From the IMG/VR virus record IMGVR_UViG_3300037722_000528, positions 1-37,390 of that record: a DNA stretch of 37,390 nt; one strand, written 5' to 3'. This document shows, in pieces, positions 25,582 to 35,900 of this stretch; the stretch's first letter is position 1, and each line of letters opens with the position of its first letter. Made by a program: the position numbers and the translations under genes. The notes below the pieces were generated by a model, which did no database searches, was not told the DNA's origin, and worked only from the letters and a program-made list of their open reading frames with translations. Source of the stretch: a virus. Its lineage: Duplodnaviria; Caudoviricetes.

Positions 25582-26393
25582 GCATCGGCAACGACACGGA
25601 GCACTACTTCGACAACGACGACTTCGCGGTCGGAGTGACCTATGGTGGGCAACCGTTCAACGGCATCCTCGATCGGCCGTATGAGGAAGCTGCGCGCGTT
25701 GCGGGCGAAGCTCCACGGCTGACCGTTCCGATGGGCGAGCTCCCACCCGGTGCCAACGCGGCGGGCCAGATCTTCGTCATTGGTGGGATCCCGTTCCGGA
25801 CGAAGGGAATCGCGCGCGAGGTCGTGGACCGCAAGGTCGGGGTGTTTCCTCTCGAGGTCCTGCGCGAGATCCACGTCACCGCCGGCTCGACGTACATGGA
25901 TGCGGCTCAGCAGTCGACCAATAACTCTGGCCTTTCGGTCTGGCATCTGCGGCCTATCTTCCCGATCCGTCGTGGTCTGCTCCGCTTCGATCTCTCTGGC
26001 CTGCCCGATCTGGACGTCACGACCGCGGTCGTGCGGGCTGTGTGTCAAGACGCCCAAGGACCGGTTGGTGACATCGAGGTTTGGGCATGCGCGCGAGCTG
26101 CGGTGATTGCTGAGGCGACACATCTGGAGTGGTCGGCGGGGAACGCGTGGTCCACGCCTGGAGGGATGCATGTCCCGAATGACCGAATCTCGCCCCCGCT
26201 TGCCGACGGGATCGGTGGAGGGTTGGTTGACGGAGCGTCGCTGGATCTGCTGACCGGAACTGTTGCGCGCGATTGGGTCAACATCAATCGGGCCGCAGGA
26301 TACGCGGTTCTTCAGCTCACCATCGAAACCGGGGTAGCCATTTTCCACGGAACGAACAGCGGGCAGCCGCCGCGGCTGGTGGTGGGGTACTGA
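25578..26393 (+). CDS. Head-tail joining paralog fused to a DNRLRE/CBM96-like domain
   Basis: N-terminal ~95 aa align with 25291..25581; C-domain has RRGLLRFDLSGLP...PRLVV. Confidence 0.65.
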   Translation: MSIGNDTEHYFDNDDFAVGVTYGGQPFNGILDRPYEEAARVAGEAPRLTVPMGELPPGANAAGQIFVIGGIPFRTKGIAREVVDRKVGVFPLEVLREIHVTAGSTYMDAAQQSTNNSGLSVWHLRPIFPIRRGLLRFDLSGLPDLDVTTAVVRAVCQDAQGPVGDIEVWACARAAVIAEATHLEWSAGNAWSTPGGMHVPNDRISPPLADGIGGGLVDGASLDLLTGTVARDWVNINRAAGYAVLQLTIETGVAIFHGTNSGQPPRLVVGY

Positions 26394-26935
26394 TGGAGAT
26401 GCGGCTCTCGATCACGGACCTCGGGCTGAGGGACATGCTCAACGCCCTGCGCGCGGACGAGCAGATCGTGCGGCCGGCTGCCGCGCGCGCGATCAACCGA
26501 GGCCTCCAGTCGATTCGCCGCCCGATCGCTCGCGCGGTCGCGAACGAGCTCCGGATCCGGCCGCAGAAGCTGATCGGCCGGCGGATCAAGATCGACCGCG
26601 CCCGGCCCAGCTCGCTCGTCGGCTACATCCGCGTCCTCCAGCGACCCGTTCCGGTGATTCTCCTGTCGGGCGCACGCCAGACCCGGAGCGGCGTCACCGC
26701 GGGAGGGACGCAATACCCGCACGCCTTCATCGCCCGAGGGCAGAACAGCGGCAAGCGCCACGTCTTCCGCCGGCGCGGCCGCGCCCGGCTTCCGATCGAC
26801 GCCCAGCGGATCCAGATCGCCGACCAGGTCGACCGGGAGGTGGCGAAGCACATGCCGAAGGCGCAGGAGAAAATGCAGACGGTCCTCGAGCACGAGCTCA
26901 AGTTCAGGCTCCGCCAGAAGGGATACCTCGCCTGA
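26393..26935 (+). CDS. Minor tail protein, lambda gpZ-like
   Basis: AAARAINR, YPHAFIA and HVFRRRGRARLPI; very basic. Confidence 0.8.
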   Translation: MEMRLSITDLGLRDMLNALRADEQIVRPAAARAINRGLQSIRRPIARAVANELRIRPQKLIGRRIKIDRARPSSLVGYIRVLQRPVPVILLSGARQTRSGVTAGGTQYPHAFIARGQNSGKRHVFRRRGRARLPIDAQRIQIADQVDREVAKHMPKAQEKMQTVLEHELKFRLRQKGYLA

Positions 26936-27405
26936 TGGCGCACGCGGTGCAACAGATCCGGACCGCCTTCGTCACGCGCGTGACCGGCCTCGCTACCACG
27001 GGATCCCGCGTCCAGGCGACGCGCGTCTACCCGCTCGACGACGACCAGCTGCCCGGGCTCGCGATCTACACGGCCCGGGAGTTCAAGGACGACGACGGGC
27101 GCGACCTGGGCGGCCGGGAGCGGTGGGATCTCGACATCGTCTGCGAGGCCTACGCCAAGCCGGCCGACGGCGCCGGCGCGATCGACGACGTCCTCGATCA
27201 GATCTGCGCAGAGGTCCAAACCGCGGTCATGGGCGAGTTGACGCTCGGGTCTCTCGTGCTCTGGCTCGAAATGCTCTCCAGGGAGATCGACTACTCGGGC
27301 GAGCTCGAGCGCCCGTGCGGGCGGGCCCGGATGGTTTGGCGCGCCCAGTACTACATCGTGGCCGATGCGCCCGAAGTAATCATCTACGCGCCCACGGCGC
27401 CGTAG
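26935..27405 (+). CDS. Tail terminator-like protein
   Basis: HAVQQIRTAF...RVYPL....LPGLAIY...DDVLDQICAEV...TLG; precedes the tail tube. Confidence 0.7.
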   Translation: MAHAVQQIRTAFVTRVTGLATTGSRVQATRVYPLDDDQLPGLAIYTAREFKDDDGRDLGGRERWDLDIVCEAYAKPADGAGAIDDVLDQICAEVQTAVMGELTLGSLVLWLEMLSREIDYSGELERPCGRARMVWRAQYYIVADAPEVIIYAPTAP

Positions 27406-27424
27406 CAAAAGGGGGAGGACTGCG

Positions 27425-27625
27425 ATGAAGCGTCTGCGATACACCGGCGATCACGAGCGCGCCTTCGGCGATCTCGGAGCCGTGCCCGGGTGCGAGCACG
27501 AGGAAGCGGACGACGAGCGCGCGGCCGCGCTCATCCGCTCGGGCTGGTGGGAAGAGGTCAAGAAGGGGACGGGCAAGTCGGCTGCGAAGAAGGCCGCCGG
27601 CGACGCCGCGGACCGGGAGGACTGA
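27425..27625 (+). CDS. Small hypothetical tail-region protein
   Basis: GGAGGA SD; MKRLRYTG...AAALIRSG.W. Confidence 0.6.
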   Translation: MKRLRYTGDHERAFGDLGAVPGCEHEEADDERAAALIRSGWWEEVKKGTGKSAAKKAAGDAADRED

Positions 27626-27628
27626 TCG

Positions 27629-28606
27629 ATGGGCTACCCACAGAGACTGCGCGGCATCGGTGTCGCGATGGCGGCGACCGCGAGCACGGATATCGCGACG
27701 CCAAAGCTCTTCCTCCCCGCGGCCTCGGCGAAGATCACCGAGGTCCCCAAGATCTACAAGCGAGACGCCAACTACGCCCGCGCCTCGGACTACGCGTTCG
27801 CGGCCGGGTTCGACTACGCGTTCTCCGCGAGCGGCGTGACCGGCAACTGTGAGCTCCTGGGCTACCTGTTCTGGCTGTGGGCAGGCGGTGATTCGTTCGC
27901 TGCGACGCGGCACACCCTGACGCCGAACGACACCGGGCAGTACCTCAATTTCTTCGTGGACGAGGGCCTGCCAACGGCTACGCCGCTCAACCACCTCATC
28001 GGAGCGCGCATCGCCAAGATCACGATGTCTCAGGCTGAGACGGACCTGTTCAAGTGGGCCATCGAGGGCGTCGCATGCGATCGCGGCGTGCTCCTGGCGG
28101 CCGTGGCACCGTCGCTCCCGTCCGGGGAGGACAACGCGCCTCTGGCGTGGGCTCACTTCCAGGATGCGGGCGGATTCTTCAAGGTCGGGGTTGGTGGTGC
28201 CGTCCCCGCCTCGGACCCGACCGTGAAGGGCTGGGAGATCTCTTGCTCGCAGGGCGTGTTCCCGCAGGGCAAGAGCCTCGGGTCGAACCAGCCGACCGAT
28301 CAGCACGTCGGCCAGATCGAGGTCGGCTTCAAGTTCAAGAAAGAGCTCTTCGGCGCCGACGCGGCCGCTCAGATCACAGCGCTGCGTGCACAAAACAAGG
28401 TGGGCATCGACATGAAGGCGATCGTCGGCGCGAACGACTTCCAGCTCACGATCCCGAACGCTGACTTCAATGCGGATGCAGGAAAGGAAGTCGGCGCGAA
28501 GGATGACGTCGTGATGGTTGAGTTCTCGGCCGACGCACAGAAGGATGGCGCGACCCCGATCATCACCGTGGTGACGAAGGACGGAACGATCGGCGTCTAC
28601 ACGTAG
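27629..28606 (+). CDS. Major tail (tube) protein
   Basis: Size, position before the chaperones, HTLTP...FFVDEG and LTIPNA.F motifs. Confidence 0.75.
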   Translation: MGYPQRLRGIGVAMAATASTDIATPKLFLPAASAKITEVPKIYKRDANYARASDYAFAAGFDYAFSASGVTGNCELLGYLFWLWAGGDSFAATRHTLTPNDTGQYLNFFVDEGLPTATPLNHLIGARIAKITMSQAETDLFKWAIEGVACDRGVLLAAVAPSLPSGEDNAPLAWAHFQDAGGFFKVGVGGAVPASDPTVKGWEISCSQGVFPQGKSLGSNQPTDQHVGQIEVGFKFKKELFGADAAAQITALRAQNKVGIDMKAIVGANDFQLTIPNADFNADAGKEVGAKDDVVMVEFSADAQKDGATPIITVVTKDGTIGVYT

Positions 28607-28645
28607 GAGCCGACGCAAGCGAGCACAGAGAGAAGGACGGAGCAA

Positions 28646-29119
28646 ATGACGAGCATTCCATTCGACCTCGCGCGGATCCGACCCGATGAGGGGACCCCGT
28701 GTACGATCTACTTCTCGCCGGAGAACCTTCTGCGAGCGCCGACCAAGGTGGAGATCGCGGAGCGCGGCGAGCCGACCGAGGAGCAACTTGCATCCGGTGT
28801 CGAGCCCCTGGGAAAGCTGATCTGGTGGCTGCGCGCCGAACTCGGGCGCGACTCGAAGCGCCTCTCCGATCTCGCCTTGGTCCGCCGCTCCGGAGGCAAG
28901 GGGCGCAAGAAGGGCGAGATGTCGATCCGTGCGGGCACGATCGCACATGAGCGGATCATTCTCTCGACGGTCCGGGTCGATGGTCTGGAGACCGGCGGCC
29001 AGCCCGTCGCGCGAGTGACCGCGGAAGTCCTCGACCGACTGCCCGATTGGCTCCTCAACCAGGTGCTGCTCCAGATCAACGAGATGTCCGGGGCGGATGA
29101 GGACGAAGAGGGAAACTGA
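28646..29119 (+). CDS. Tail assembly chaperone (gpG-like)
   Basis: Between tube and tape measure; ends EEGN over the slippery GGGAAAC. Confidence 0.8.
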   Translation: MTSIPFDLARIRPDEGTPCTIYFSPENLLRAPTKVEIAERGEPTEEQLASGVEPLGKLIWWLRAELGRDSKRLSDLALVRRSGGKGRKKGEMSIRAGTIAHERIILSTVRVDGLETGGQPVARVTAEVLDRLPDWLLNQVLLQINEMSGADEDEEGN

Positions 29120-29454
29120 GGCGCGCCGCCCGCTGGACGCTCGAACACGGCGGCGCGAATCAGTGCCAATGGTGCCAGGTGGGTCCGTGTCCAGCCCACG
29201 ATAGCAAGCGGTCCAAACGGGAGATCCCCGAGAGGGCTGCGTTCTGGCTCCAGCTCTACCGCGACGTGAAGCGTTGGGGGGCGCTCCCGGACCCGGGCGG
29301 GCTCCTCGACCAGGAGACGCGGACGATGCGGATGCTCAACGTGATCGCGGACGAGTACGACCGTTGGACGATCGAGCAGCAGAGGCTCCGGGAGGAGCGG
29401 CTCAAGATCCAGCAGACGCTCGGGCATTCCGGCGGCCGCGTGTACGGATTCTGA
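29110..29454 (+). CDS. -1 frameshift extension of the chaperone (gpGT-like, fusion about 269 aa)
   Basis: GGGAAAC at 29110-29116; the -1 frame is open to 29454 and contains LPDPGGLLDQ. Confidence 0.8.
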   Translation, partial: GKLRRAARWTLEHGGANQCQWCQVGPCPAHDSKRSKREIPERAAFWLQLYRDVKRWGALPDPGGLLDQETRTMRMLNVIADEYDRWTIEQQRLREERLKIQQTLGHSGGRVYGF

Positions 29455-29466
29455 CGGGGGATCACG

Positions 29467-31860
29467 GTGGGATTCGGCACTCGACCAGAAGCGCGCGGAA
29501 AGCTCTCGCTCGACGGCGCTGACTGGGACAGGACGCTGAAGCAGGCGAACCAGCAGTTCAGCGGGTTCACTTCTGCGGTCGATCGAATGGCCAAGCGCGC
29601 GGCCCTCGCCATCGCCGGTCTGGCGATCGGCGCTTCTTTTGTCGGCGCGAACTTCGAGGACGCGATGAAGGGCGTCGAGGCGGTGGCCGGTGCCACGGCC
29701 CCGCAGCTCGAGCGCCTGGAGAAGGCGGCCCGGGACATGGGAGCGGCGACCGCCTTCTCCGCTTCCCAGGCTGCCGGCGCCCAGGAGGAGCTACTCAAGG
29801 CCGGTCTCGCGGTCAACGACACCATCAAGAGCCTGGAGGGCACGCTCAAGTTCGCCGGCGCCGCGGGAGCGGAGCTCGCCTTCTCCGCGGAGCTCGGCGC
29901 CGCGACCATGAAGACCTGGCGCCTGGAGGCCGATCAGGCGAACCGCATCTTCAATGCGCTCCTCTCATCGATGAACGTCTCGCGCCTCGGCGCGGAGTCG
30001 CTGAACGCGGCGATCGGTGCGGGCGGAGCCGTGCTCGCGACCTGGGGCGTCGAGCTCGAGGAGTCTCTCGCGGTCCTGGCCGCGCTCACGGACGTTCTCG
30101 GCGACGGCTCCACGGCGGGGACATTCGCGAAAAACGTCCTGTCGGAACTCACTGCGGTTGTCCGCGAACAGAAGGGAGTGCTCGGCGAGGTCCTCGCAAC
30201 CTGGGACCCCGCCACCGACGGGATCATCGGAGCCGTGGAGCGGCTGGAGCGCGCCGGCGTGTCGGGCCGGACCGCGCTCGAGGAGCTGGGCCAGCGCGGC
30301 GGCCCCGGGCTCGCCATCCTCCTCGAGCGCGGTTCTGAGTCGCTCCGGCAGCTCGAGCAGCAGGTCACCGGGACCAACGCCGCCTTCGCCGCCTACGAGA
30401 CCCGCATGGACTCGACGAAGGGACGGTGGCAGGTTCTGCGCTCTGCCCTCGAGGAGGGAGCGATCCGGACCTTCGAGCGGCTGCAGGGTCAGATCGATCG
30501 CTTGCTGGAACTGATCACGACTGCGGTGCAGAGCAACTTCGATTCGATCTCGACAGCGGCCGCGCAACTCGGTGTGGCGATCGAGACGACCATCGATCTA
30601 TTCATCGACCTGCACGGTTGGATCGAGGACAACAGCACCGTCGTCGGCCTTCTGACGTCGGCGTTCGTCGGCCTCACTGCGGCGATCTACGCCACCCGCA
30701 CCGCCATGCTCGCGCTCACCGCAATCAGGGCCGCGACATCCTTCGGTCCGCTTGTCGCTGCGATCGGGGCCGTCGCGGGCGTCGTCGCATTTGTCATCGA
30801 TAAGCTCTACGGCTGGCAGCGGATCTGGACTCAGGTCGTCGGCGAGTTCCGCACGGGCCTCGTGCACATCCAGGCGATCGGTGGGGCTTTCGAGGCGATC
30901 CAGAAATCGCTAGCCAACCCTCGCGCCGCCGGCCAGATCTGGCGCGAATTCCGTCTCGAGCACGCCCAGGCCGTCGCCGAGATCGAGGCCACGACTCTTG
31001 CATCGCTCGACCGGATCCGTTCAGCCCGTGACCCGGGCAACGCGCCGATCGGCGCCGGCGGATTCGATGCATCGATCCAGGGCGCCATCGATGCGCTCGG
31101 CCTCAAGCGAGAGACTGCCGAGGCCGAGGTCGAAGTCGAGGCTGAGCGGATCGACCGTCGCGCGGATCTCCTTCTGGCCGAGGCCGACTTCGAGCGCGAG
31201 CTCGCAGTCCGCGGGCACGTCGAGACGCTGGAGCTGATGGACGCGGAGCACCTCTCTAGGCAGGCGCACTTCGAACGCGAGACGGGCATCTACCAGGAGT
31301 TCGCGGACCGGACGCGCCACATCTCGCAGGCGATGTGGGGAGCGATCGTCGAGCAGACCGCAACCGCGACGTCGATCCAGGGCGTGATGAAGCTCAAGCT
31401 GGGACAGATCATCAAGCGTGTCGCCTTCGAGGGCGCGGCCGCGGAGATCGAGGCGCAGGGCCAAGTGGCTGCCAAGCGCGCCGTGATCGAGGCGGCGTTC
31501 GCACTGGCTGCCCTCGCGCGCCTCGACTTCCGCGGGGCCGCGTTGCACGGGGCGGCTTCCGCGAAGTTCTTCGCCGCGGCCGGCCTTGCCGCGATCGGGG
31601 CGGCGTCGCTTCGGCACGTGCCTGAGAGTGGGGGAGGGGGCGCGGAGATCGAGACGTCAGGCGGCGCCGGCGCCGGAGATCGCGGGAGCGGTGGCGGCGG
31701 ACGCAGCACGGTAGACATCACCCAGCGCTCCGCACCGGAGACCGTCAACATCTACGTGCAGACCACTGTGCAGGGGAACATCCTCGGGGACTTCGCTCAG
31801 GTCGTGGACGACTACGTGGTGCCGCGTCTCCGGAAGCTGGTCGAACAGGAGGCGTTCTGA
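29467..31860 (+). CDS. Tape measure protein (TP901-type core)
   Basis: FEDAMKGVEAV...ARDMGAATAFSASQAAGAQEELLKAG; Ala-rich helical sequence. Confidence 0.92.
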   Translation: MGFGTRPEARGKLSLDGADWDRTLKQANQQFSGFTSAVDRMAKRAALAIAGLAIGASFVGANFEDAMKGVEAVAGATAPQLERLEKAARDMGAATAFSASQAAGAQEELLKAGLAVNDTIKSLEGTLKFAGAAGAELAFSAELGAATMKTWRLEADQANRIFNALLSSMNVSRLGAESLNAAIGAGGAVLATWGVELEESLAVLAALTDVLGDGSTAGTFAKNVLSELTAVVREQKGVLGEVLATWDPATDGIIGAVERLERAGVSGRTALEELGQRGGPGLAILLERGSESLRQLEQQVTGTNAAFAAYETRMDSTKGRWQVLRSALEEGAIRTFERLQGQIDRLLELITTAVQSNFDSISTAAAQLGVAIETTIDLFIDLHGWIEDNSTVVGLLTSAFVGLTAAIYATRTAMLALTAIRAATSFGPLVAAIGAVAGVVAFVIDKLYGWQRIWTQVVGEFRTGLVHIQAIGGAFEAIQKSLANPRAAGQIWREFRLEHAQAVAEIEATTLASLDRIRSARDPGNAPIGAGGFDASIQGAIDALGLKRETAEAEVEVEAERIDRRADLLLAEADFERELAVRGHVETLELMDAEHLSRQAHFERETGIYQEFADRTRHISQAMWGAIVEQTATATSIQGVMKLKLGQIIKRVAFEGAAAEIEAQGQVAAKRAVIEAAFALAALARLDFRGAALHGAASAKFFAAAGLAAIGAASLRHVPESGGGGAEIETSGGAGAGDRGSGGGGRSTVDITQRSAPETVNIYVQTTVQGNILGDFAQVVDDYVVPRLRKLVEQEAF

Positions 31861-32966
31861 TGGCGCTCACCTTCGTCGGAGACCCTCTCGCCGCGCCGGA
31901 GATTTGCCTCGGGATCCCGTTCGGCGACAGCAACACGCAGACGCCCGATCCGACATGGGGCGTGCCGGTGCCGGGATGGGCGCTCGGCGGGCTCACGATC
32001 GGTCACATCTACGGCGCCCACTACTACCATCGGTTTGCCAACTTCATCGAGTCCGAATGGGTCGCGAACCCCTTCGGCGTCGGTCGATCGCTCTTCGTCG
32101 AGACCCAGGCAGACATGGATGGTCTGCCCGCCGCTCTGGGAGGCACCGGCTCCGGCAATTCGTTCATCCTGACGCCTCCCTCCCACTATGGCTATCTCCC
32201 CGTCGTCGGGTCCTCCCAAACCGTGAAGTTCCGCCTCCTCCTCGTGCTCAATCTGAATCTCGGTGCGAACCACGCGCTGCACGTGTCTCTGAGCCAGTAT
32301 CGAGACAACGATGTCTTCGAGGATCAGGACGTGTTGAAGACCTTCACGGTGGCGGACAACACGGGCGGCGAGTATCTGTCGTTCGCCTCCGACCACGTGA
32401 TCACGAAGAACGCGCTGACACGTTACTTGCGTCTGGCGTTCTGGCCCGAAGCGGATGGATCCGCCCAAGGATTCAGCATCGACTTCTTCGGCCTCGGATT
32501 CATTCCACAGAACGACGGCTTCGAGTCCGGCGCGCCGTCGTTCACTGACGACTACGTCGGCGACGGATTGGGGTGCGAGTACGCGGTGGAAGTAGAAGAC
32601 GTCCGGCCGACCGGTGGATATGGGCATTGGATCTACAACCGAGGCCACAACCTGAAGCGCGTCTCCCGTCTCTCCATGCAGTTCTATCGAGCGACTGCGC
32701 AGTGGCGCCAGGACCTCCTTTGGTTCTGGGCAGCGCAGAACGGTATCGTCTCGGTGGGAGACCGGATCAAGTCCGGTCGCGGCAACGAGCTCGGCGGCCG
32801 TCCCTGGCCATTGCTCCTCCGTCCGCGCCACCCGCACTTCAAGCAGGCCATGTACTGCCGCTTGCGTGCGACGCCGTTCTTCCTCGATGTCGACACGGGG
32901 CCGAAGTTCGTTGAGCCAGTCCCGACCTATTCTGGATTGGCCGAGCTCGAGGAGCTGATCTTCTGA
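31860..32966 (+). CDS. Putative distal tail/baseplate protein
   Basis: First gene after the tape measure; TGATG coupling at both ends. Confidence 0.55.
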   Translation: MALTFVGDPLAAPEICLGIPFGDSNTQTPDPTWGVPVPGWALGGLTIGHIYGAHYYHRFANFIESEWVANPFGVGRSLFVETQADMDGLPAALGGTGSGNSFILTPPSHYGYLPVVGSSQTVKFRLLLVLNLNLGANHALHVSLSQYRDNDVFEDQDVLKTFTVADNTGGEYLSFASDHVITKNALTRYLRLAFWPEADGSAQGFSIDFFGLGFIPQNDGFESGAPSFTDDYVGDGLGCEYAVEVEDVRPTGGYGHWIYNRGHNLKRVSRLSMQFYRATAQWRQDLLWFWAAQNGIVSVGDRIKSGRGNELGGRPWPLLLRPRHPHFKQAMYCRLRATPFFLDVDTGPKFVEPVPTYSGLAELEELIF

Positions 32967-35900
32967 TGCCGACGACCTTCGACATCGAGGCCGCCTCCCG
33001 AATCGGGATCGGCGCCAGGTCCTTCCGGATCGCCGTCGAGGTTCGCGTGGTCGAGAGCGGCGTGGAGCACTGGTGCGACCTCAATCGGACCTTTCCGATC
33101 GCCACGATCATTGGGGGTGGCGATCCCGGGCTCCAGCGGCTGGTCGACCACCCAACGGTCACCAACAAGAGCGAGAAGAGCGGGGGGCAGTTCGGCACGC
33201 AGCCGGTCACGCTGCGGATTCGGAACGACGACAGTCTGCTCGATCGCACCGACGCCGTCGTCCTCCTCGATTCGAGCGGGGTCCGGCGGACGCTGCCGGC
33301 GCTCAAGCGGGCGCGGTGCCGTCTCCGATTCATCGAACCGGACGGCACCTCGTATGTTCTGGGGCAGTACTACATCGACAAGATCTCGGCATCTGGCGCG
33401 GTAGCGACCGTTGATCTGCAGCCGCTTCTCCGGCTCCTGCAGACCATTTCCCCGGCGCCCGTGAAGCAGGGAGACCACTGGTTTCGGGACGTGCACGCCG
33501 CGGAAATGGTCCGGCGGCTCGTCCAGCACGCTTTGCCCGGCGTCGTCTTCGACCCCGTGCGGTTTCCCTCACGGATCTTCATTCCGGTGCGAGCCGCTAC
33601 GATCTCCACGACCGGGCACTCCAACATCGAGCTCGGCCCGGCCATCGACAATTTGGGACGGCAGCCGGAGAGCATCGGGAGCGTGCCGACGACTGACGCC
33701 GACGCGCACATCCCGACCGCGATCGCCCGGGATGGGCTCTTCCGGACCAAGGTCTATTACGCGACGACGAGCACGAGCGGCGGCTACCGGCTGTTCGAGT
33801 ATACGATCGCGAGCGGTTCGTCCCGTGAGATCCGCGCGGATGCGAACGGCGATCCGATCTGCTTCATTTGGCACGACGGCATCGATCATCTCTTCGTCGG
33901 AACCTGCGCGAACAACAAGGCCGACTTCGCCAACGGGTTCCTCCGCAAGTCCACGCTCTTCCGCATTCACAAGAATGGGACAGGCTACGAGGAGCGGCTC
34001 TCCGATGCCGGCCGGTGGTCGTTCTGCGACTTCTTTGTGCAGCTCATGCAGCACGGTGCGGGCACCGACTGGTCGATCGGGACCTGGCAGCCTACCGGGC
34101 TGTGGGCCGGCGAGCAGATGTGCATCGGGTTCCCCCAGCTCATCGAGTGCCTGAGCGCGTTCAACGCCTACACGGTTCTTCCGGGCTGCTACCCTGAGCT
34201 TTCCGGCTCGGCGGCGTTCATCCTCTCGACGGACGAGGACGCAGGCCTCCGCGTCAACGAGGCGAGGATTCACGACCGCGGCGGGTGGCAATCAACCTTC
34301 GCGATCGAATCCGGTCAGGGATACGGTAACGGTGGAGCGGCCGCCTATCACCATGCGCCGTTCCCCAAGCCGTTCGTCGTGGCCGACAGTCAGACTACGA
34401 TCTGCTCGCTGGTCTGGTCCGGTACCACGATCGACGATCCGACCGGGGTGTGGAGGCTCGCGCGGCACGAGTACGTCTCCGACGTGGACGAGCCGCTCGC
34501 CACGATTGCTTTCCCGGATTCCGGGTTCGGCAACCAATTCAAGCAGCATCAGCCGACTGCGTGGTGCGTGGTCGATGGCACCGACTTCGAGCTCGGGACC
34601 CCCGTCTGGCTCGTGATCGCGACGCTGGACTACCGGAACGTCTCGGACGGTGACAACAAGAGCATCGGCAAGCTCGAGCTGTGGAAGGTCGATCTCGAGG
34701 TCACCCCGGATCCAGTGCTCGGCTTCACGATCGCGAACGGCGGACTGACTCTGCTCGGGTCGGTCGATCCAGGGAGCGCTGGCGCGAACCCGAACAACAC
34801 GGACGGTCCTTGGCCCGTCATCACCGACATGGTGTTCGAGCGGGGCTACCGCCAGTTCCAGAACCCCCACATTCAGGGCTGCATCCACGATCGCAAGGTC
34901 AATCTCTATCGGCCGTTCATGTTTCGTCTCGACACACTGACGTGGACGTGGCGCCAGTTCACCTCTGGTGCTCCGCTCACCGGGTGGGTCGCCTATCAGG
35001 GGGAGGTCAACGGCGGTGGCGGCGCGCGGCGAGTGTTCTTCCGCGACTGTGCATCTGGATCTCTCTACGAGTCGCACGATGGCGGTCCACCGCGGCAGTC
35101 CGCGCACGGTCGGCCGGTGGACTCACTCGAGACGTGGGAAGCGGTTCCTCAGCTCTGCGTGATCGAGGGTGCACTCAACCCTGCGACCGATACCCTCATC
35201 CTCGGGTTCTCCGGGCCGGCGCCGCCGTTGTGGGCTTACCCGCAGGACACATCCGGCAATCCGCCGCGCAACGTCGCCGGATCGTTTCGTCTCTGGCAGC
35301 TCGGGCTCACGGTGACCGCGAGGCTGCCGGTGGCCGACTTCCGCGGGGACCTCGTGAAGTCGGTCAAGCAGGCTCTCGACTGGATTGCTCAGTCGTGCGG
35401 TCCATCCTGGACGTACGGTTTCGATCCCGAGACGGGAGCGTTCTACTTCGATGAGTTCGACGGCTCCGAGCCGGCGCAGTCGTTCATCGATGCTGACGAC
35501 CGCCGCGCGGAGTGGTCGGAGAAGGAGCTGCCGGCGCACGGGCTGGTGCGGGATGACGAGACGGGGGAGGACATCACGACCGAGGTTGCGATCATCCCCT
35601 GGGAGCCTGTCCGCCCTGCGGTTGGTGGGCGGCTGGAGTACGGGCCTCGTCCTGGTGGCACGAAGCACCAGGTGTCGATTTCGGTCGAGGCGAACACCGA
35701 GGCCGCGCGGCGCGTGATCCTCAATGTCGTGCGGGACGGGACGATCGGGCCGAACGACTACACGTCTCCCGATCTGCTGAAGTACGGGGACTCCGGCTAC
35801 TGGGACACGAATCTGCTGCTGTCGTGGACGGAGGACGCGGAGGACATCCTGACGGAGACTCTTGCGCCGGCGTCGACGCTCTCTACCATCCGCGTTCGCG

